Below are positions 54,559 to 64,000 of a stretch of 64,000 nucleotides of DNA, in pieces. The notes beneath the pieces are model-generated. The model saw only the letters and a list, made by a program, of their open reading frames with translations, ran no database searches and was not told the DNA's origin. The first letter of the stretch is position 1, and each line of letters begins with the position of its first letter. Position numbers and translations under genes: made by a program. Origin of the DNA: Eledone cirrhosa (taxonomy: Eukaryota); contig OZ024742.1 in the NCBI GenBank assembly GCA_964016885.1, positions 96,410,001-96,474,000 on the forward strand, read 5' to 3'.

Positions 54559-55924
54559 TATATATATATATACGGAATGTAGAAAAGTAACACATGAGTT
54601 GATATATATCAGAACAAATAGTAGAAAGGAAATAAATTTTATTTTCAGTAGAAAATGCTGAAAAGATTCTTTCAGTACAAAAAAACCCAAAAAACTACTA
54701 CTTCTCTCAGCCAACTAACAGAGAATGTAGGAAAAACATGGACAGAGATATGAACTCTCTTCTCTACCTCTTTCTGTTGAAACTGGCTGTAACTCCTCAC
54801 TCATACTTATGTTAAGGTATTTTTCTCAAAATAAATACTTTCAAAATCTCATAGATTCGATATTATGTGAGATAATTATGCGAGGTAAAGCCTTTACCGT
54901 GAAAATATCATAGTAAATATAGAATAATGTGAAGGGTAAAGCGTTAACATAATTTTATATAAGAACCATAAGTTAAGTTAAAATATTTGTAATAAAATAA
55001 TTAATAATTTTAGTAAATACCATCAAATTATTCATAAATCAATAGAAATACTGTATTACTAATGAAATCATTAGTAATACAGTGGTGAAAGCTTTAATTT
55101 CAGGCAGGCATATATCATTATGATCATAATCATCATCTCCACTTTAAGTTAATTTTCCATGCTGGCATGTTTTGAACATCTGCATTTTGATCAGACATTT
55201 AATTTTAAATAAGGGCTTGCTACTCTAACCATTTATATAATATATATTTACACACATACACACACGTATACATATACATATGTATATATGTATGTGTGCG
55301 CATGATATGTTTCTTTCTCTCTATATATATATATATATGTATATATCATCATCATTTAATGTTCATTTTTCTTGCTAACATGGTTTAGATGAGTTGTCCC
55401 ATTTGAAGCAAGTGAAGTCAGGTAACCGTGTCTTGCTTATGCAGAACCGATTCTAGTTGGGTTTCTACAGCTGGATGCCCTTCCTAACAACATCAGCGTG
55501 GGTTGGGTGCTTTTTATTGTGAACTGTAATGATTACTTTACAGTGTGGACTGGGGTCGGTGGGGTGTAAGAGCATATGTGAAGGGTGGAGTGTTTAAATG
55601 TAAGAGGTGTATGGAAGGGGGAGAAAGGTGGATAGTGGGTAAGTGGTTCAAACTAGATATATGCTTCCACCTGTGAACATGGGAAGATGGCTTTTTTTTA
55701 TTACTGCATAATGCAAAAGAACTCAATCCCGTGTCATCCCCTTTGCGAGGTGCAATTGTGGTGGGTCAGCTTTTATCCACTCATCCCAGATCTCCCTAGA
55801 TCTTCCAGCTTCCATCAACTTTGATTGCCCTGCACCTTTTTATGCAGCTACCATCTTCATAGGCATCACATGTCCATATCAATGCAATCTCCTCTCTTGC
55901 AAACTGTATTTGATTCCTCTTATA

Positions 55925-55993
<69 letters not shown>

Positions 55994-56481
55994 TCATCAT
56001 CATCGTCGTTTAACGTCACTCTTCCACGCTAGCATCGGTTGGGCGGGAATTGTCCCATTTGAAGTAAGATTGGTCAGGTGACCATGACTTGCTCGTATAG
56101 GACTATCTGGCAGGTTTTCTACAGTCAGATGCCCTTCCTAACACCAACCACATTTACGGTGTGGACTGGCAGCTTTTTACCTTGTTACCTACACGTGGAC
56201 TGTTTTTTTTTGCACTTCCTTCTTTTTCTCTTTCCATTTTTTTTTTTCGTGACACCTACACGACCTCATTAGTTTGGACTGGATGTTGTGGTACCAACAT
56301 AACTTTATAGAGAAAGGGTGGTGTTGGCGGGGGTGGAAGGGTGGAATAGGGGTAGTGGGTTTGGATGTATGTTCGGTTTGGCGGGGCCTACTGACTGTAG
56401 GTTAACTTTGCATACATACATATCGTATTCCACCTATACACAAACATACATATATACATACATATATACATACACACACAC

Positions 56482-56558
<77 letters not shown>

Positions 56559-58294
56559 TATGTATTTACATATATATAATCATTTATTTAATGTTCGATT
56601 TAACATGAAGGAATTGTCTCAAGAAAAATAAATGTAAAAATCTTAGAAAATCATAGCTTTTAAAATTCTTAGCAGCTTTCAGTGGGGCAGACTTCATGTC
56701 TGTGTTATGTGGTGCTCTATAAGATTATAAGCAAGTGCTGATTACATGAAGCATGCCTGAGACAAAAAACCTTTGCTAGGCATGGCTATATTTCATTTAT
56801 TTAGTGTGTTCAGTTATTGATCAGTTCAGTATGACAGAGTAGAATGGCCATTGTTAGGCAGGCATATTTCCAGCAGAAAACGGCAAAAATTGTAATTGAA
56901 TAGTTTAATAAATGTGTGTGGTTTGCTGATAAACCACTATTTATCTAGCAATAAATATATTTGAATATAATATTTATATTCTAACCCCTTATCTTTCTTT
57001 ATCTGTCTGTTTGTCTATGCATCAATCCTTTTTTTCTTTCATATATGCATTTTTTCTTTCTGCCAATGATCAATTTATCCCTTCCACTCTCTTTTCGCCT
57101 TCTGCCCTCTCACCTTTCTACCCCCCCCCCCCTCTATCTCTCCCCTATCTCTCTGCCTATCTATCTATCTATCTATCTATCTCACTCTTTCTCTCTCCTA
57201 AATATATATATATTTATGTATATCATCTTACATCTGTTTCTCCATGAGAGCTTGGATTGGATGGGCTATTACAAATCAAGTGAATACTTAATCGCAGCTA
57301 CTGCCTTCTTAAACATCTATGACCAACACTTGCTCAAACACATTTCATTTTGGCACACTTTGTATGGTTTTGATGCTCTTTTTAATGCCAATGGCTTTAG
57401 ACAATGTACTGGCTGAGTTTTATCATCACATCAACAGTAAACAGTTTAGTTTTCCTTTGACACAATTGACTGAAGCACTGTCTTTAAATTTTTGGAGATG
57501 GTTTCTATGAGAGGGTAACCTCCTTAACACTAACCACATTAAAGAATGTACTAGTTGTTATTTATTATGACACAAGCACTAGAGAGTTTGCTTAGTAGTT
57601 AGTGTGTTGACTAACAATCATAAAGATGCAGGATATTGTCTTCTGGATTAAGATATTGCATTTCATGTTAGTACTGGGGCCCCTATCATTAAAAAACCTG
57701 AGGATCTGGGATCAATGTAATCGACTTTCGCCTCTCCTAAAATTGCTGGCCTTGTGCCTATATAAGAAACCATTATTGTTGTTTGCGGTGGAATTATTGT
57801 TGGTGTTGTTGCTGTCTATCAAGACACTGGTAGTGTTGTTGTGCCTTTGAAAGTTGTTACTTGTTTCAAATGCTTTTACATTAGTGTTGATATAATTGTG
57901 GTAGAATGGACTGGTATTGTCGGGAAATTTGATGCTGTATCTGCTGGACTTGTTGCTGTGGTTGTAGTGGGACTTTGATATTTACTTCAAATGTTTTTGT
58001 AGTGGTGTTTTTGTAGTGGGTGGTAGTGAGATTTGGTGGTGTTGGTATAATTTTTTGTAGCTGTTGTTGTTGTTTTTTATCCTATTCATGTATGTTGCCA
58101 TATTTTTCTTTTATCTGAGGGATCTATTTGTTAGTGTGTTGCTAACATATATGGAATATATATAAGCTGACCAATAGGATTTTGGGTATAAAAGTAATGT
58201 AGTGGGATAATGGGTAGACAATCAGGAAGGCAAGACTTTGTAGGTATATGCACTGGTGTAATCGAGGGGAAGAGTATCAGTGATATACATCTTT

Positions 58295-58916
58295 TCCAGT
58301 CATATGAAGGATAATTGGAAGTGTTTGCTAGCTTCTTCTATCAAGTTAGCAATGGAAGAGGGTGCTCTGAGAGTATAATAACTAGAATATGGATAGCATG
58401 GAAGAAGTTTAGAGAGATACTTCCACTTTCGAAAACGTTTCTCCCTACATACAAAAGGATGGCTGTATGATGTTTGTGTGCTTAGTGAAATGCTACATGG
58501 TAGTGAAACATGTGCTATGACTGCAAAGGACATGCATAGATGAGCGACAAATGAAACAGCCATGCTTCGTTGGATGTGCAATGTAAATGTTAGAGAACGT
58601 TAGATCTTGGATAAACTGAGAGAGAAACTGAGTTTAAGAAGAATCCGTAGTGTTGTACAAGAGTGATGACTGCATTGATATAAACATGTGATACACATGG
58701 ATGATGCATGAAAAGTGCCAGGAAATCTCAGTGGAAGAAAGCCGCAGTAGAAGTAGAGCAAGGAAGACCTGAGCACAGGTGCTGAAAACTGATCTCAAGT
58801 CGCTGAGACTCACAAAGGAGATGAAAAGGAATCACAGCATGAGGAGAGATGTTGTGCTGAAAAGGACCTGTCTATCCCATGCAAGCGTGGAAAAGCAGAC
58901 ATAAAAATGATGGTGA
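58295..58916 (+). mobile_element. Decayed RTE-clade LINE 3' fragment with tail
   Basis: Homologous to 63020-63710 (AWKKFREILPL, MLHGSET, MLRWMCNV). Ends in cccatgcaagcgtggaaaagcagacataaaaatgatg. Confidence 0.8.
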
Positions 58917-59119
58917 CATGGACACATATGTAACCTGGGCAGAGGTTGTTAGAGCTTATCTCAAAACACTGTACCTCTCTGAGGAGATGTCAAAGAAATG
59001 CTATGAGTAGATTGAACTTGTGCTGACAAGAACTCAACCAACTGACAGAAACATTGAAAAGCATATGTAAAATGAAGATGATGATTTAATCATCCTCCTC
59101 ATTATTATTATATCAACAA

Positions 59120-59455
59120 GGGCGATGAATTGACAGTATTGGTAGAGGGTCGGACATGCTTTCCAGCGTATAGTTACGTCCCTTTACGATCTGAGTTCAA
59201 ATCCCGCCGAAGAAAACTTTGCCTTTCATCCTTACGGATCGATAAAATAAAGTACCAGTAATGCACTGGATAATTGCTGGCCTTGTGCCAAAAGTAGAAA
59301 CAATTATTATATCAACAATGCTTTGCAGCATAGCGTTACGGCCCTTTACGGTCTGAGTTCAAATCCCACCGAGGTTAACTTTGCCTTTCATCCTTAAAAA
59401 TAAAGCACCAGTAACGTCTGGGATAATTGCTGGCCTTGTGCCAAAAGTACAAACA
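59120..59455 (+). mobile_element. Two tandem SINE family A copies sharing a triplicated target site
   Basis: attattatatcaacaa at 59104-19, 59303-18 and 59456-71 brackets a full and a 5'-truncated copy. Confidence 0.82.
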
Positions 59456-60149
59456 ATTATTATATCAACAATGATCTTTCAATAGTAAAGGGGAAAGTTT
59501 CACTACAAATAATAATCAAAATAGGAATTGAGTAAAATGCTCTGAATTCCCATGCTGGGTATGGAAATTGAGTCATCTGGGATTATTAATTTTAGTTTTG
59601 CAGAATCCTTAGAGCATTTCCAAAACACTTTCGAACATTTATTGCAGTCTTTTACATTCTGAATTCAAATCCCTCTGAGGTCAACTTTCTATTTCATCCT
59701 GCCAGAGTTGATGAAATAAATTATCAGTCAACTATTGGGGTAAACATAATAGACTAGAACATCTCTTTAAACTTATTGTGCCCATGTTGAACAAAATTAC
59801 AGAGAATAAATTGTATTCAAGAAGTGTTGAGCAAATTTAGAATTTTTGAAAGTATGTTAGCTTAAAGGAAACTGTTTCAAGATAGGTCAAATGTGGACAG
59901 TATTAACTATTGGAACCAAAGTCACACCTGCCCCATGCCAGAAAAAACTTGCAGCTGGTGTCAGTTTGATACCCACAGGTGACACTGTCCACTTTCTTTA
60001 TCTCTAGGGGCTTATATGCCCAACTTGTTTGACTATTTTCATTGAAGCAGCTTACTTTAAACTAACATACCTTCAAGTCAGTGAGCAGAATATCACTTGA
60101 AAGAGAGGAAGACAAATAATTATTTACCGAGGGTTGAGAATAAAACCAA

Positions 60150-60395
60150 AATGATCAGTGCTGTGAAGTAAAATAGAATGAGGTAATTGGGCCATGTCTT
60201 GAGGATGGATGAAAGTGTCAGGGTGATGGGAATTGAGCCAGTCATGATTATTGTGGTGAGAAATGGAATGAAGTGGTTCAGCCATGTGCTGAGTATGGAT
60301 GAAAGTATCTATGTGAAAGGAGTGACGGAAATGAATATGAAAGAAAGTAGAGGAAGTGGAAGGTCAAGAAAGAGATGGTGGAGAAGAAAATGAAA
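60150..60395 (+). mobile_element. Short decayed RTE-like LINE fragment with internal duplication
   Basis: GHVLRMDES and MKWFSHVLSMDES..GSGRSRKRW. Confidence 0.6.
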
Positions 60396-60837
60396 ACCAA
60401 GGAACTGTTGGAGGGGTGGAGCAATGGATAGGCCAACATGAAGAGATTTGTCATGGGGTCCCCAAGGTTAACACCAGTTTTATAAAGGAAAAAGGCCTTA
60501 AAATGCTTATGGTTGTTGAGTGTTTTATTATTGTTACTGGTATTTATAAGTTGCTTCACAAAGAATAATATGATTAAGTGATATGTTGTGTGAAGTGAAT
60601 ATATTTATAGTTGATAAATATTAGCAGTTTTCTATGAATTAGATTTCATGCTAAATAGAGTATTTTTCAGATGGATGTGATTTAAGTAAAGGTTTTCTCT
60701 CAAAAACCTCCACTGAAATCACATCCACCATAGCACGAAACATATTCATGCAAAAATATTATATATATATATATATATATACGCATATGTATATGTATAA
60801 TATATACATATATTACATAATGTATGTACATATATTA

Positions 60838-60904
<67 letters not shown>

Positions 60905-62689
60905 TTACATACATTTTTACTCTTATGTGTACATACGCACCCACAATTCAATCAGTGAATTTAAATAATGTGTTTTATATCTAGCTACCCAACATGCCAT
61001 CTATCACTGTGTGTGTATTACTATGTGTTGTTTTATGCATTACACATGTACACACATACACACATAAACTCACACATATACAGATTCTTATATAAGATTC
61101 TTTCTTGGTTGCGTGATTTGCACAATGAAAAATAGATGTCTTAGTCTCCCTCCACCTCATCATCATCATCAATTTATTTCCTAATTTTGATGTTGTTATT
61201 CTTAATATTCCCTCCCTTCTCCCCACTTCCTCTTTCACATCACCATCATCAACATCATTAACATAGCATCATTATTGTTTTTTCTAATTGTTGATGTTTT
61301 TGTCTTCTTAATATCCCTTCCCTTCCTTCTCCTCCTCTCCTCTTCATCATCATCAGATCATCATTATCATTATCATCTTCAATATTTTCTTCATGATCTT
61401 CATCAACAATACCATCACTATCATCAACGTCATCACAATAGTAGTTGATTGTTGTTGTTATTGTTTTTATTGCTTGTGATGTTTCAACTACTCAGAGTTC
61501 CAAAATGGAACCCTACACATATGCATTAGTGAAGTATTTCACTGTCTCACTATACTTCTGTACCTAATATATGTTGCTTTAACCCTTTTTATATAAACCT
61601 GCCCAAAACCATTTCTGTTTCAATAGAAATAAAACTACCCATTTTAAAGGGATCCTATTTAAATTAAAATCTTCCAGCATAATTTGATATGAAAACCTTT
61701 TATTAAGTTATGTTACAAATGCCATCTTAATAATGGAATATATGATAATTTTAGTAAATCCTTCTAAATTTTCCATTAATTAATTGAAATAAAGTGCATG
61801 TCATTAGGAAAGATAGTCATAAAACAGTTAAGTTCACAAGAAAGAGGCATGCAAGCTATATTTTTAACATGTGTCTATTTTAGCTTGTGTATATATCATC
61901 ATAATCATCAATATTTTATGTTCGCTTTCCACATGGGCATGTTTTAAATTGGTTCTTGCATTCTGAAACTAGACATGTCAGATAACTACGTCTTACCATA
62001 TGTTCCATGTTGGTATGGTTTCTACAATGAGTTGCTCCTGAGGCAAAATCCTTACAATGTGGATGAGGTGTATTTAACTACTATTTTGCAGAGTGGACTT
62101 GATGCATTTTACCCTGGAACTAGCACTATCCCCTAATTATATAGATATATATACATATCTTCATCAAGACATCCATTTTTCAATGCTTACATGGATTGAA
62201 CAAGAGCTTTTCAGATATTTTTCTTTCAACATCTGTATGTCCTTCCTGATGCTAGCCCATACCTTATTCTGAGAATAATATATGCTGATGCTCTTTTTTA
62301 ATCTCTATGCTATCAGATATATTTTTGATAGAGATATAAACAACTGTATCAACATTTTACTGTCTCTAGGGGTTCTTTACTTGATTTATCAACTATTATT
62401 ATAGATATCTGCATTGTATCTTCTATATTTTCAAATTGTGAAATAAGACACATTGTCTATGAGTCTGCCTGTATTGCAATGATTGCTGTATCAGTTTAAA
62501 AATTTGAATATTCGCATATTTGTATACATTTAACAGCATACATGTAAATCTGTGTGTGTAGTAGTCTTGCACGTCCATAATAAAATAAATGTATTAAGAA
62601 AGTTTAAAAAAATAAATTTGGCTTAACAAAATATAAATCAATGAATCATGTCAAATGAATGTGAAATATTGTTTATAGACACATATATG

Positions 62690-62728
<39 letters not shown>

Positions 62729-63019
62729 TGTATACAGTGTATCATCATCATCATCACCATTTTACGTCCGTTCTTCCACGCTAGCATGGGTTAGACGGGT
62801 TGTCCTGTTGTGGGCAGTATCTGGTCGGCTGACCATACCTTGCTCATACAGGAACTGATTTGGCTTCCTAACACCAACCTCATTTACAGTGAGTGCTGGG
62901 TGCTTTTTCGTGGCGCCTACATGTCCACTTTACAGTGTGGGATGGGTGCTTTTTTGCCGTGGAACCTCCACGACCACCTTGCAGTGGGAGGGTGTGGGGG
63001 CATATTGTCTATATGCTTC

Positions 63020-63710
63020 AGCTTGTACCCATGGGAGGTCGGGTACTCTGTATTACTGTGTGACGCCAGAGGTCACGGTCATGTGTCATCACCTTGGAGA
63101 GGAGTAATTGGGTAAGGTCGGCTTTTATCACCTCATCCCAGGTCATCTTGGGTCTCCCCACTCCGCAGTTTCCATCGACTTCTAGTGCTCTGCACCTTTT
63201 TATGCAGCTGTCATCCTTCATACGCATCACATGTCCATACCAACACAACCGCCTCTCCTGCACACAGCATTTGATTCTTCTTATGCTCAGTCTCTCTCTC
63301 AATTCATTTATGCTTTGTCGTTCGCGTATATTACTATTACACATCCATCAGAGCATCCAGGCTTCGTTTCTCTCTAATCTACGTAAGTCTTCCACCTTCA
63401 GCGCCCAGGTCTCACTATCATGTAACATTGCTGTTCGGATACACGCATCATACAGTCTGCCTTTCATTTTGAGGGAGAAGCTTTTTGCAGCTAGCAGTGG
63501 CAGTAGTTCCCTGAACTTCTTCCATCCCGTTCTTACCCTAGTTATTGTACTTTCTGAACACCCACCTCCGCTGCTAATTCGGTCACCTAGGTAGCAGAAG
63601 CTGTCTACTGTTTCTACAGAGCCCTCCCAGAGATTGGTGGTACTTGTTTCCTGTGGCTGTTTGCTGCTTGCTGTCCCAGCACAGCTGCTGTATGTGAAGC
63701 CTACATTCTT
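63020..63710 (-). mobile_element. RTE-clade LINE 3' fragment
   Basis: VDSFCYLGDRI..GW.KFRELLPLL, SETW, RRLCWYGHVMRM..GRPKMTWDEVIKADL. Confidence 0.88.
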
Positions 63711-63723
63711 AATTAAGCTTTTG

Positions 63724-63754
<31 letters not shown>

Positions 63755-63951
63755 ATGTGTATATATATATATATATTTATGCACACATGCACACACACAC
63801 ACATATATATACACACACATACATATGTATATATATATTTGTATATATATACACATACATGTATATAGTATATGTATATAGGTTGTATTTATATGGATGT
63901 ATGCGAACAGTAAATGGAAAACTATGCAGCAGGCGATACAGTACAATGAAG

Positions 63952-63983
<32 letters not shown>

Positions 63984-64000
63984 ATATATACAGAGAGAGA

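Overview
AT-rich eukaryotic non-genic DNA, saturated with (TA)n/(CA)n microsatellites and transposon debris. The SINE families suggest an octopod cephalopod (inference). I found no supportable host exon, and nearly all ORF-track entries are microsatellite read-through. The centrepiece is a ~9.8-kb Penelope-like retroelement (PLE, Naiad-type RT + GIY-YIG; 30229-40065) in a (TA)n tract. Its 5'-truncated but uninterrupted 694-aa ORF forms the loop of a giant inverted repeat with ~3.7-kb arms. Each arm carries a type I hammerhead ribozyme (HHR) with a ~116-nt stem II. The same layout, (TA)n - short inverted arm - long arm with HHR - unique tail - (TA)n, recurs in three sequence-unrelated ORF-less fold-back elements (23236-23672, 43430-44083, 53664-54206). 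There is also a solo HHR (53447-53482) and several small hairpins in TA tracts. Other content: two decayed Naiad copies, a mariner relic, RTE and RLE-type LINE fragments (one 5'-inverted), two SINE families, a piggyBac-type MITE, a minisatellite and a 200-N gap. All calls were made by eye, without database searches or folding software.
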